The notes beneath the pieces were generated by a model. The model had not been told where the DNA came from. It saw nothing but the letters and a program-made list of their open reading frames with translations, and made no database searches. DNA of 64,000 bases from Octopus sinensis (lineage: Eukaryota). The translations under genes were made by a program, and so were the position numbers. Positions 29,301 to 41,699 of the stretch are shown one piece after another (position 1 is the stretch's first letter; every line of letters starts with the position of its first letter). The stretch covers positions 15,268 to 79,267 of the forward strand of contig NW_021834233.1 of assembly GCF_006345805.1 (NCBI RefSeq), given 5' to 3'.

Positions 29301-30229
29301 AAACGATTTGAATGAATAGTGAGAGAGTGGGGTCGTGTGTGACACACTGACACACAGAAATTACTTTTCGCATTGACTATATATATATATAAATTTTTGC
29401 TGAAACTTTTACGCGAAAAATAGAACACATGAAATTTTATTTGTTAAACCTCTTCATGATAAAACAACACGAACTTGCTCTTGCGTGTGAGATGTCTGCT
29501 TTAACTGGGTTATTAAGAGTTGGCGCTCTTTAAATTGTTTTGCCACTGACTAGAGTTTCTTCAATGTTTGACTTTGTACTTGAAAGGTATACAACAAATA
29601 TCACTTCCAACTGCAAGATAATCCCTCTTATTGAATGTGATTTGTATCAAGCATGAAAATCTACTTTAACTTACGTAAGTCGATGCAAATGGGAAAAAAA
29701 TCTTAATGCATCCGCTGAGAGAGTGTAAACTTACAGTACAAGTCCGTCCAAAATTATTCCATTGTAGATGGATTTCAGAAGTATTGTGCTGTAAAATCAT
29801 TTTTAATTTTTGTACATACTTTCTGTATTTTTTTTCTGAAACTCAATTCATTCTTGAAGCAAAAATCTCTACTTGGTGGTTCTACCGTAATAGCCAACTT
29901 CGGAAAATGGATTTCGAATTCAATGCAGTAAATTATTTTTTCAAGTGATAGACAGTTTCAGTTTGAATAGATTTCTTTTCCTGGACATTGCATCACGAAA
30001 TGGTAGTTACATCGATAGGTTGGAAAGAATGTACTGTCACACTTTTGGCATGAACAAGAGTACTTCTTCATGACTTACGTTTAAACGAGCATTAATCTTA
30101 TTTTCTATTGCTTTATTCTTTCTTTACACATTACTTGACACCATAGTGGTTAAATTCCTATCGATTCTGTGGCTTGGAAATGTGTTTAGATCAGAACCTT
30201 ATCAGAACCTGTGTACTTTCTGAATTCAT

Positions 30230-31170
30230 AAGGAACTTTTGAGCAGCAAGTATTATTCGTTTCTCGGTAGAAATGAAACTTTAAGTATGTGCACAGTTTT
30301 GCTTGGAAAATGTTTCTTCATCTGGACAACCAAAATCTGTTAATATTGACTTTCTGAAAACTATAGTTGGGGACTATCCAGTGCAAACTGCACGAGAATT
30401 AGTAAAAGGGTTCAATTCACGTAACACTTCGATCAAAAAACACCATGTGTAAAATTGGTCAGTGTATTCCTCGTTATCTTCATGTTTCTCAGCTTAACCA
30501 AAGTGCTGTCCTCTGCTCGTCGTTGAAGAATAGTGTTGCTACCGAACCATTTCAGAGTACAAATATCACATTGAAATATGGGTTTACTATAATCATATCC
30601 AATGAATGAGAATGGACGGCACCCACTAAAATGAGGGCAAACTCTATCCCTAAAACAAGTCTATACCCGATTTTAAAAAAAGCTTATGCTCTCCGTTTGA
30701 TGTAAAACGAAGGGTGTTGTTTATGGTGATTTTTTAAACTAAGGCAAAACACTTAATGGGGAGTAATTTTTCGAGGTTTGGAACTATTGAGACAAAATTT
30801 TAAGAAATTAAGTGGTCATCATTGTTTAATTGTAAGGAGAGTTGCTCATATACAATAATGTATATAGCGTCCAATTCCCTTGGATAAAGATTATGGCACA
30901 AAATACGGATGTTTTGACCGATCTTCCGTCCTCTCATGACCTAGATCCATCTGACTCTCAACTATTCAGATCCTTGCAGCATTATTTATTAGGAAAAAAA
31001 GTGCATTAATCGATTGCTAAAAATGATATTGAGTGTTTCACTGTTTCAAAATTTGCGAACTTTTACGTCCAAGAGACCAACAATTTACCAAATAGATGCG
31101 ATTATATTATCAATAATGAGAGGAAACAATATCTTGATTATGAATCAAAAACGAAGACTCACTTGCTTCT
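30230..31170 (+). mobile_element. Decayed mariner transposase
   Basis: EIWVYYN, KLMLSV*CKTKGVVYGDFLN*GKTLNG and DVLTDLPSSHDLDPSDSQLFRSLQHYLLGKK (30908-31000) match the mariner DEKW.YY, K.ML..WW..KG and YSPDLAPSD.HLF motifs. Confidence 0.85.
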
Positions 31171-32311
31171 TTTTTATTTGGAATGGGCCAGGAGTTTCTT
31201 TCAAACCTAATATTCATCTCCAAATTTAACAATCAACAGTTTAACATTTTTAAGAGAGGCTTTGTACTAATACGAGAATAAATTTTAGCTATATCCATGC
31301 AATTCAAGGTTTCAATTTGTCTGAAACTCCAGATGATAACACTATTTAAGAAAATTGTAAATTTAAATACTTTAGGATATTTCGGTATTCATATTTAGTT
31401 CTTCCTTCAAATCGGAAACCATATTGATTGCTTTCTTACAACTACCGTTGAAGCAACAAAATTCCTTGTCATAGCAAATATCACATTCACAGATATTTAC
31501 TTTCATCTTTAATTCTAATAGATTTGGTAAAGGCATCACCTCTTCCTGTGTGTAATATAGCCCCAGTTGAAACAATATCGATGTATCGCTTCTTTGAAAC
31601 TGTAACAGTGAAGGTGGTTCGGTATTTTTGTCCGCAAACTTGTTGCTACGAGATCAAATCCCATGCAAGATACGCTAGGCATCGCATTAAATGCCATGTG
31701 GTACTTATTTACTTTCTTTGACACCCTAGTTTCAAGTCCTAACGGAAGAGCATATCGTTTTATTCATCCTTCATCCATAATGATGAAGAAGTCAAACTTG
31801 CATATTATGTTGCACTAGGCCTGTACTAAAACTCAATATATAATCATAATCATGGTTACTACAAATATTGCTGGCGCTACTGCTTCTACAATTAGTGGTG
31901 GTGGTAGTAGTAGTATTAGTAGTAGTAGTAGTAGTAGTAAATAATGCTGGGATCTAGTATATACATTTGATTGCCTATCTTCTTAACAAAATATGTAGAC
32001 ATGTGAGTATATGAGATACCAACACAAATTAAATCATCAATCATCGATACTCTTGATGATATGAAGTGCAAGCATATCACCCTGTCATCATTTTCGTTGT
32101 TCATGTTGTCAAGCCCACAGCCCCCAACCAGGGTAGCACGCATGAAGATGAAATAACGACCCACATTGAGTAATGACGTTGTAATAACGTTGAGGGTGGC
32201 ATCGACCACGTTGTTCAAGTTTTAGGGTCTAAGACTGTAAGATGTGTATTAGACTTAGCTTCTAATTCTATAAGGCCGAGCGAATTTAGAGACATTGGTC
32301 TTTGACTCGTG

Positions 32312-32616
32312 TTCTTTTCCTTTCTTCTCGAGCCACACTTGGCTCATAGGGTCGGTTTCTCGGTTTCCTTGGCGTATAGGTTCCCCAACTGAACGGGACG
32401 CCGGCCCGTCGCAGGTGAGCCGCAAGATGTAGGAGGAAAGACTGAGAGAAAGTTGTGGCGAAAGAGTCAAAAGAAGTTCGCCATTACCTTCTGCCGGCGC
32501 CGCGTGGAGCTTAGGTGTTTCGCTCATAAACACATACATCAACCGGTCTGAGATTCGAACCTTCGATCCCTCGACCGCGAGTCCGCTGCTCTAACCACCT
32601 GACCCTGTTCCTCCAC
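32312..32616 (-). mobile_element. tRNA-Arg-like SINE (octopus OR-type-like)
   Basis: Minus strand reads GTGGAGG...GTGGTTAGAGCAGCGGACTCGCGGTCGAGGGATCGAAGGTTCGAATC. Homologues at 33733 and 58517. Confidence 0.85.
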
Positions 32617-33732
32617 GTTGACTCGTGTGCGGTGTAGATAGTTACACATTTGACATTTTTCACGCAGTTACAGGAATTGGTAATGCTTCTGATTTGAATA
32701 TATTCAGTTAGCAAATCGTGTAGAAGAAGGACACAATTAATATGATATTGGTTTAAAATTTTGGCAAACGGACACAAATTTGGGGGAGAGCGCAAGTCAA
32801 TAACATTAACGCCGATGCTCAAATGGTAATATTTTTATCGACCACGAAAGGGTGAATGGTCAAGTCTACTCTGACTGTATTTGAGTCAGAACATAAATAA
32901 ATATCGGTTTCACATTTTGGCCCATGACCAAGAATTTAAAGAGAGAATTAAGTTGATTAAGCCAACCCCAGTGTTCAACTAGTACTTATTTTATCGATCC
33001 CGTAATATTGGAAGGCAAAGTTGACACCAATTGTATTTGAGCTCAGAACATAATGATAGCACAATTAATATGAATATTCTATTAAAGCTGTTTCTTTCGA
33101 CGAAGTGATCATTTATCCGTAATCTAATAAACGAAAGAATAAAAAACAGATCTAAAATCTTCCCGAATTAATTTCCTAAAACTATTTCGACCTTACTGAT
33201 AGTATTAATAATTGCTGAAAAAGCAGGGAATGGATGCGGTCACACTCCATAAATTTCAAATAAAACTACCGTGTATGACTTTTATATAGCTCGAATTGCA
33301 CAACGCTTGTGGCATTCGTCATCAAGTATCACATGGACCAGAAATAAGGCTGTATGAAACTACATTTCACCACATGTGATTAGGAAAGGATAACACAAAA
33401 ATATCTGTGGATATACTGGTGGTCTGTCACACACGGCTTTCATAACGAGCGAGGAGAAACTGAGCCTGTCATGAATGCCGTATACAGGCAAGGGCACACT
33501 GGACATTTGCACAGGGGCCTCGCAGGTTAGGGACTTGTTTGTAATGTATATATGCTGTGGGTTGCTAGCAATAAATAAATACTATATGGTTCTGTGCACA
33601 GATATGCTCGGGGTCCTTAAATAATTCTAAGACGGTCTTGCATGTTACAAGCTAAGTTCCATAGTGGTGACGTATTTATAATACTACCTGTCGTATTTCG
33701 TTGCCTCTTCCATACCAATGACAACAGTCGGG

Positions 33733-33925
33733 GTGGAGGCGCAATGGTCCAGTGGTTAGGGCAGCGAACTCGCGGCCGTAAGAACGCCGTTTCGATTCCC
33801 AGACCGGGCATTGTGAGTGTTTATTGAGCAAAAGCACCTAAGCTCCACGCGGATCCGGCTGTGGGTGGGTGGGTGGGGGTGCAGATCTCTTTCCCCACAA
33901 CTTTTTCTCTCTCTTTCTTCCTACT
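33733..33925 (+). mobile_element. tRNA-Arg-like SINE, 5' part
   Basis: GTGGAGGCGCAATGGTCCAGTGGTTAGGGCAGCGAACTCGCGG...GTTTCGATTCCC. Confidence 0.8.
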
Positions 33926-35071
33926 TCTGCCACAAAGCAGAAGAAGCATGGTGCAACCCACTATGGTGTGGTAAAACTTTCAGACCCGAGTCTAGATTGC
34001 GAATCCTCTGTACCCCAGGATGGTCCAGCTCTCCACCCGTTAAAAGCTACCGTTTACGAATGAGGATAACAATGTAGCTTTCGGGCCCGTGTAACCGCCA
34101 GTCTATCGAAATGTGGTGGGTGGATCTTCAAGTTGTCACACGCATTCTTAGTAGCTTAGAATATTTTCGAATTAGAGATTATTCTTTGTGGCTAATGGCG
34201 AGAGTCCTCATTAGAGGAAGAAGAAGAAGAAGAAGAAGAAGAAGAAGAAGAAGAAGAAGAAGACAACAGAGTGGATTTTATGTGGAAGTTCAATATGTAC
34301 GATAATAGCAGACAAAAGTATCTCTCGAATTTCACAGCACTGAAATGCCTACAAGAAGAATGCACTAAATAGTTTGGTGATCCTGAAAAGAAACGGAAAC
34401 CTTAAAAAGTAATAGTCACGGATAGAATCAATTTGACTATAGACCTGCACAAGTGGGTTATAATAGGGCTATACAACAAAAACAACAATAAAAATTATAC
34501 AGTGATTTGTATGGCTGAATGGTGAATAAGATAGAGATGGACTATGATGTAGCGAATAGCAAAAAATGGGTACATTTCTTTGATAAATTCTCTGATTGAC
34601 TGACCACCAAATTCCTCAACGAATCAACCAACCAGCCACTATTCCAAAAATACTCTGTAGTTGAACTAAAATACCATTCAACTGATGTGTTGCAATTTTA
34701 CAAAAATAAATATTTTTACTTGAATATGAAAACACTCAAAATTTTACATCTGATAGTAACTTGATGCCTCCAACTGGTTTCATTAGTAAGTTTCCTTCGA
34801 AAAATAAAATAAAATAAAATAAAATAGAATAAGATAAAATAAAATAGATTACTGAAATACGGTGTGTTTATTTATGTTTACGAAATGTGAGTACTTAATA
34901 CGAACGCTATAGTTTAAGGGCGATATCTATCTATCTGTTTATCTAGTTATCTATCTATGGATATGTATATATATCTATATATATACATATGTTTGCATTC
35001 CATATGTTGGTATTAAGCATTTCTCTATGTGCACAGGGCATAATTTTATCTATTTATAAATGTCTGTATGC

Positions 35072-35116
<45 letters not shown>

Positions 35117-35343
35117 TATGTATGTATGTATCTTTGCATATGTACATATAAGAGCATACATAAGCACGTACGTTTATACATACTTAAAAGACACACACAC
35201 ACACACATATATATATATAAAATGTAGACATTTTTGATAATTATGTACTTGACAAAGTTAATCCAAGAATTAAGAAAAAATATTGAAAAAATATCTAAAA
35301 ACGTATGCGGTAAAATAAGACATCATGTCTTTAAGCGAAAGAG

Positions 35344-35401
<58 letters not shown>

Positions 35402-35854
35402 CATACATACATACATATATATGCATCTATATGATTATGTATGTGTTGTGAATGCATATACGTTTAAAAACTGCGTGTTTCTATGCGCATATTATATATA
35501 TATATATGAATATTTATATCTGTAATTTATATATATACATATAGTAAAAGTAAGCTTACATATATATGTAATTGCATACACCCAAACGCATACATATGAC
35601 ATATAAGAATATATACCTGTGATTATATATATGTGTGTCATGTATTTGTATATATTTGCATGTTTATGTATGTATATATGTTCATAAATATGAATGTTTA
35701 AGCGTTCTGTTTATGCTTAAACTTAAGTATTTACTTTTCCTGAGTTTGATTGTAGAACACGTCACATCCGTTTAATATATTTCCACGAAATATTGATATT
35801 CTCTTGGCATTGATACAGCAGTTCTGAAGTGAAGTCAGGTTCGTGGTGCATATA

Positions 35855-35924
<70 letters not shown>

Positions 35925-36999
35925 CAAAAAAGTCAGAAGATTATCATTGCGCTATATAGCTTAGGTATTTTTGTATACTACGCTCGAATTCCATTAGGAA
36001 CAAATTTGCCGTTTATGATTCCTCGGTCGATAATTGAATAAAATATGTTAAACATAGTTTATGGTTGAAATGACTCTCCTCTCAAACTGCTTGAATATAT
36101 ATTATCCCTTTGTGCCTATAAAATAAAGATTACCATATATGTCACTTTCACACCCGTGTCTAAAATAGAACTCAATCAGTATTCAGTTCCTTGGAAACTT
36201 GTGAGCTATACCCTCACACACTCACACATACACACAAACATATTTAAGTTCCTAGTAAAACGAGTATACGACGTCATCTACGGTAATTACACAGATGTAG
36301 CTGGATCTACCCCCAGGAATTCTTTTGTGTACGTTGAGTATAAAACAATTATCAAATCACCTGACGAGACGCTTCCGCACCGCAGGATGCACCACAACTA
36401 GTTGCATAGTTACCCACCCGCGAGTGATCGAAGCAAGAAGTGTCGAAACGAACTTTATGAGCAATACAATTTCTCATGCATTCCATTTTCCAACTTTATC
36501 ATTTGTTTTATATATATACAATTTTTTTTTTCGCAATGAGATAAAAAAAAAACCAAGGCTGTGTAGATTTTAGAAGATTTATAGATGGAAGGTCTTACAG
36601 TTGATTCCAGGATATTTATTATATCCCTTCATCGGAGACGGTGTGAGAGGATGGTTAAGAAAAAGTTAATTTAGATGAGATGTGAAATAAAAAGTGAGGT
36701 GGAGGAGATAAAAGAAAATAGATGTAAGTTATGTAAGGATATTGCACTTGTAGATCCATTTATTTAGGCAGAATATATGTAGGTATGAACTTATGTATGT
36801 ATATACATACGTGCGCGCGTGTGTATTCATATACACATACTATGGAAAATGAAACTTGTTCTAAGCGTAACGGGATGAGGTTGAACCAGAAACCATGTGG
36901 CTGCAATGCCAGCTTCTAAATCAAACAACATTCGACGTCAAATAGATTTAAAAAAAGTTTTATATGAGCATGAAGAAAGTTTTCCAGCAATGGCAGTCA

Positions 37000-37520
37000 A
37001 AGAATTTCATTAGCATTGTGTAGATTGCTAGCAGTGTTCAAGCTGAGATGTAGATACTCTCGAGTCTCTCTCATTCCATCACTACTATATTATGCGCAAC
37101 ACAATCTAATTTAATTTCAATTTCTCATTCCGGCCACTTGTGTATATAAATTTGCTCAACTGCCATTGTTTCACTTTTTCCTTCTCAAAATCAACTTCAT
37201 TTCAGCTGCAGGACTTGGAGACAGAACGTTCCAACTTGCTGGATTTTATGGATTTTCTCCTTTCTATGTCTATCAAACTTTACAGTTCACGGAGGACTGT
37301 TATATGTGATAGGCATTACCTTGAAATTTTCCATCAGCTTAGGCGTGAAACGAGATTATAATTTGAGCTGCGAGGTGAACTCCCAAAGCACAAAGCTCTC
37401 TTACGTTTGTCATTCTAAGATGCAGAATTTCATGCTTTGATCATTTCAGCTATAACAACAGCTAGATTATCTTTTTATTCAACATCTTTTTGTTTCACTA
37501 ATCCTTCGTTGTAATATCCA
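37000..37520 (-). mobile_element. Possible very old pogo/Tigger-like transposase remnant
   Basis: Only weak, fragmented motif resemblance across frameshifts. Confidence 0.25.
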
Positions 37521-37673
37521 GAGTTGTTTTCGATATTGATTGCCATTGTTTCATTTACTGCTGTTGTTACTTGTTACTGCAGCTATAATGGTTGCTCATA
37601 AACAGATATTACGGAGTGGAGCAAATAATACGAACTGCATTTTTGCTTCTTATTATTATAGCTTGGACAGAAG

Positions 37674-38345
37674 CAGCGAGCTAGCAGAAACATTGGCGCG
37701 CCGGGCGAAATGCTTAGCGGTATTTCGTCTGCGTTACGTTGTGAGTTCAAATTCCGCCGAGGTCGACTTTGCCTTTCATCCTTTCGGGGTCGATAAATTA
37801 GGTACCAGTTACGCACTGGGGTCGATGTAATCGACTTAATACCTATGTCTGTCCTTGTTTGTCATATCTGTGTTTAGCCTCTTGTGGGTAGTAAAGAAAT
37901 AGGTATTTCGTCTGCCGCTACGTTCTGATTTCAAATTCCGCCGATGTCGACTTTGCCTTTCATTCTTTCGGGGTCGATTAAATAAGTAGCAGTTACGCAC
38001 GGGGGTCTATATAATCGACTTAATCCGTTTGTCTGTCCTTATTTGTCCTCTCTGAAGATAGCCCCTTGTGGGTAGTAAAGAAATAGGTATTTTGTCTGTC
38101 GCTACGTTCTGAGTTCAAATTCCACTGAGGTCTACTTTGCCTTTCATCCTTTCGGCGTCATTAGAACACCTGGCAAAATATTTATCGGTATTTCGTCTGT
38201 CCTTATGCTCTGAATTCAAATTCTGCCGAGTTCGACTTTGCTTTTCATCCTTCCGGGATCGATTAGATAAGTACCAATGAATCACTGGGATCGTTGTAAT
38301 CAACTGGACCCCTCCCTGTAATAGCTAGCCATTTGAAACCAGGAA
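37674..38345 (+). mobile_element. Family A SINE array ending in tail B
   Basis: Head near 37674, AAATAGGTATTT junctions near 37900 and 38085, terminal ACTGGACCCCTCCC tail. Confidence 0.85.
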
Positions 38346-38948
38346 AATTAAGGAAATTATAAAACTATTAGTAGATTTTTATTCAGAAGGGTATGGTTTC
38401 AATTTCTTGTAGCTGCGATGACAGAATAGAGCATCTCTTCTTTGCACGTGGTCCGGGTTGCTCTCTGTGTTGAGGTTTAATAACAAATTGTTTCTGAGGC
38501 GACATTTCTAGCGTGTCCATCCCATCTTAAGTTCAGTTGCCTACATTAGGACGAATTATCAAACATGCCCTTCCTTCATTTATAGACGTCAATCTGATTT
38601 AAGAGAGACATGGCCTCTGTTCGGGTGCAGCGAAATAGCTGAACCAACTGCGTAGACGCTCTCTCATTCTATCAAGTTTTTTATATTATTTCAGAGTTTT
38701 ATTTAACATTTTTTCTCTTGAATGTGTATTTCAGTTGACAATAGCTCAGAAGCTCATCATACCATCTTGTAATAGTTGTCAAAGTATACGTTATCCAATG
38801 TCTTTGTTTCTACATTAAATACAGTTTGGCTGCAATTTTTAGCAAGCTGTACAACTCCAAGATAGTCCCTGTTGAATATCACCTGTTTTGCTTCATTATT
38901 TACATTATTTACATTCGACGGATATTTGTCCTCATCTTGTTTGTTGTT

Positions 38949-38994
38949 AACACAACGTTTCGGCTGATATACCCTCCAGCCTTCTTCAGGTGTC
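38949..38994 (-). ncRNA. Minimal type-I hammerhead ribozyme fold (Penelope-type)
   Basis: Minus strand reads GACAC-CUGAAGA-A-GGCUG(GAGGGUAUAU)CAGCC-GAAAC-GUU-GUGUU. Stem I is GACAC/GUGUU, stem II is 5 bp, and stem III is the palindromic AACGUU. The predicted cut is between 38954 and 38953. Confidence 0.7.
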
Positions 38995-39177
38995 TTGGGG
39001 AAATTTCGAACCTGGGTTCACATTCCTAAGGTATTTTTCGATGTTATTAATATTATCATTATTTTTCTTCTTCTTATTATTATTATCATTATTATTATTA
39101 TTATTATGGCGTAGTGGTTAAGAGCGCGGGCTACTAGCCCCAAGATTCTGAGTTCGATTCCAAGCAGTGACCTGAAC

Positions 39178-39225
<48 letters not shown>

Positions 39226-39303
39226 CATAAAAATAATAATAATAATAACAACATCATAGAAAAATACCTTAGGAATGAGAACCCAGGTTCGAAATTTCCT
39301 CAA

Positions 39304-39349
39304 GACACCTGAAGGAAACTGGAGGGTATATCAGCCGAAACGTTGTGTT
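39304..39349 (+). ncRNA. Degenerate hammerhead copy in the opposite arm
   Basis: GACAC-CUGAAGG-AAACUG...CAGCC-GAAAC-GUU-GUGUU. A9 and part of stem II are mutated. Confidence 0.55.
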
Positions 39350-39659
39350 AACAACAAAGAAGAAGAAGGCAAATATCCATCGAAAGTAAATAATGTAAAT
39401 AATGTACATAATTCTTCATCTCTTAAATATAGAACTGTATCGTTTTTGGTTGTTGTTTACATTGTAATGGTGTTTTTTTTTCTTTTTCGTGATTTTGTTC
39501 TTACTGAGATGCAGTTTTATCGCTGTTAATCTTCGGCAGACGGGAGTTATTACTCTTATCGTGATAGTCTCATCCTGACACCATTTCCGTGACTATCTGT
39601 AACATGTATCGTTTTGGCTGGTCTATAGCGAGAAACAAATAGATTTTACTATTTCCCTT

Positions 39660-39924
39660 CCTGTACACAGCTGTACACAGCTGAACACAGCTGTACTCTT
39701 TCACCACAACTTTCTCTCACTCTTTCTTCCTGTTTCTGTTGTACCTGTATTTCAAAGGGGCCAGCCTTGTCACACTCTGTGTCACGCTGAATCTTCTCGA
39801 GAATTACGTTAAGGGTACACGTGTCTGTGGAATGCTCAGCCACTTGCACGTTAATTCCACGAGCAAGCTGTTCCGTTGATCGTATCAGCTGGGACCCTCA
39901 TCGTCGTAACCGACGGAGTGCTCC
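39660..39924 (+). mobile_element. 5'-truncated copy of the same Ceph-like SINE
   Basis: GGCCAGCCTTGTCACACTCTGTGTCACGCTG...GCTGTTCCGTTGATCG...GTAACCGACGGAGTGC. A CTGTACACAG-type 10-mer is repeated about three times at the 5' junction. Confidence 0.8.
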
Positions 39925-40050
39925 TAACACTCCTGTTATACTTAACAATATGCCTAACCGACGAGTGCTCATTAAAAGCGACTAACAATTATGAAGAAAA
40001 AAGCACATACACACAAACCAAAAAAGGACGGAAGATGTAGGTAGAAGATA

Positions 40051-40281
40051 TATTTCTTTACTACCCACAAGGGGCTAAACACAGAGGGGACGAACAAGGA
40101 CAGACGAATGGATTAAGTCGATTACATCGACCTCAGTGCATAACTGGTACTTTATTTATCGACCCCGAAAGGTTGAAAGGCAAAGTCGACCTCGGATGAA
40201 TTTGAACTCAGAACGTAACGGCAGAGGAAATACGGCTACGCATTTCGCCCGGCGTGCTAACGTTTCTGCCAGCTCGCCGCC
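40051..40281 (-). mobile_element. Full-length family A SINE monomer with 15-bp TSD
   Basis: TGTAGGTAGAAGATA occurs at 40036-40050 and 40287-40301, with a few extra nucleotides at the 5' end. Confidence 0.95.
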
Positions 40282-40692
40282 CTCGCTGTAGGTAGAAGAT
40301 AGAAATCTAAACACTCTAATGTTGTTAAGTGATATATAATAGACAATGATAATGTAACACGTTTTTAGTAGAAAGAAATGTGCGCTACAAATAAAACAAA
40401 ATGATCGGACATTACTTCAACGAATGAACAGATTGCAACGCAACTCATTAGACAAACGTTATGAAACACATCTTGACGAAAGGAAGAAAACAATTGAATG
40501 TAAAGGGTTTCGAATAGAAAAAATATGCTTTTGTAATATAGCGTTAATATATTACAGTATCCACTGCATACGTTAAATTAACGCAGGTACACATATTCCA
40601 TTAATAAAAGATGTGGTATGATACCCAAAAATGAGATATAATCTTGTAAAATTTACTGAAAGGATAACGATCTGAATACCAACGCCCAATAT

Positions 40693-40863
40693 CTCTTTAC
40701 TCTCTTTTACACTTTTACTTGTTTCAGTCAAATGACTGTGGCCATACTGGAGCACCGCCTTTAGTCAAGCATATCAACCCCGGGACTTCTATCGGTCTCT
40801 TTTGCCGAACCGCTAAGTTACGGGGATGCAAACACCACAACATCGGTTTTCAAGCGATAAGTA

Positions 40864-40912
<49 letters not shown>

Positions 40913-41026
40913 ACTGGGTGCTTTTAGTTTCTGTCTACCAGATCCACTTAGCTAAGGTGCTACGCAGTAGGACTGAACTCGGAACCGTGTGGCTGGGAAA
41001 CAAGCGTCTTACTACACACCCATGCC
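40693..41026 (-). mobile_element. Family B SINE
   Basis: Reverse complement of the 16741 element, including the internal (TA)n. Confidence 0.8.
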
Positions 41027-41044
41027 TTTACCCATATATATATA

Positions 41045-41636
41045 TACCGAAGGCACGAGCGCCAGATAAACCACTTCCATCTCAGGTGTCTTCGGAATCT
41101 CCTTCACATCCGCTGGCAGGACAAAGTCCCAGACACGGAAGTTCTGAAGCAGGCAGATCTCCCTAGCACCATCACAATCATGCGCAAGGCCCAGCTGAGA
41201 TGGGCGGGCCACGTCTCCCGCATGTCCGACACTCGCATCCCAAAACAGCTCTTCTACGGTGAACTCGGCCAGGGCAGGCGCAAAGTCGGAGGGCAGAAAA
41301 AGCGCTACAAGGATAGTCTCAAGGTCTCTCTCAAAGACTTCTCCATCGGAACAGAGACCTGGGAGACACTTGCTGCCAACCGCTCATCCTGGCGCAGCGC
41401 AATCACCGTGGGAGCAGGGACAGCCGAGGAGGGACGGATTCGGTCAGCGGAGCAGAAACGTCAGATGCGTAAAGTCAGAGCCGCCTGCACCAGTAGCACT
41501 GCCCCTACCCACTTCTGCCCCACCTGTGGGAGGGGCTTCCTTGCCCGGATTGGCCTCACCAGCCACCTCCGGTCTCATGGCGGCAGTTCCATCAGATGAT
41601 GTCAGTTGGTCATCTTCGAACCGAAGGACGAACATT
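41045..41636 (+). mobile_element. 5'-truncated, young RTE-clade LINE 3' end with an intact frame (41045-41599)
   Basis: YRRHERQINHFHLRCLRNLLHIRWQDKVPDTEVL...QLRWAGHVSRMSDTRIPKQLFYGEL...CPTCGRGFLARIGLTSHLRSH. A 3' UTR stem-loop CTTCG-AAC-CGAAG follows, and (TA)n lies on both sides. Confidence 0.95.
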
Positions 41637-41699
41637 AGTATATATATATATATATATATTACAATAGATTAATCGAATCAACAGTGGATCTTGTACAGA

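Larger units (their letters stand above)
38894..39404. mobile_element. Penelope-like inverted terminal arms (38894-39047 and 39247-39404) flanking (TTA)n - tRNA-like head - (TAA)n
   Basis: The ~155-bp arms are reverse complements. The central 39107-39178 segment has an A-box TGGCGTAGTGG and a B-box GTTCGATTC. Confidence 0.75.

Noticed and set aside
38400-38700. Possible old RTE remnant (minus-strand LRWDGHARNV)
   Set aside because: Only one short motif is present, too little to delimit an element.
39107-39178. tRNA gene
   Set aside because: A and B boxes and an anticodon-like arm are present, but no acceptor stem closes, so it is treated as a SINE-type head. The same applies to the heads at 32616, 33733 and 58517.
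41259-41672. Overlapping 137-aa (+) and 63-aa (-) ORFs
   Set aside because: These are alternative frames of the GC-rich RTE fragment.
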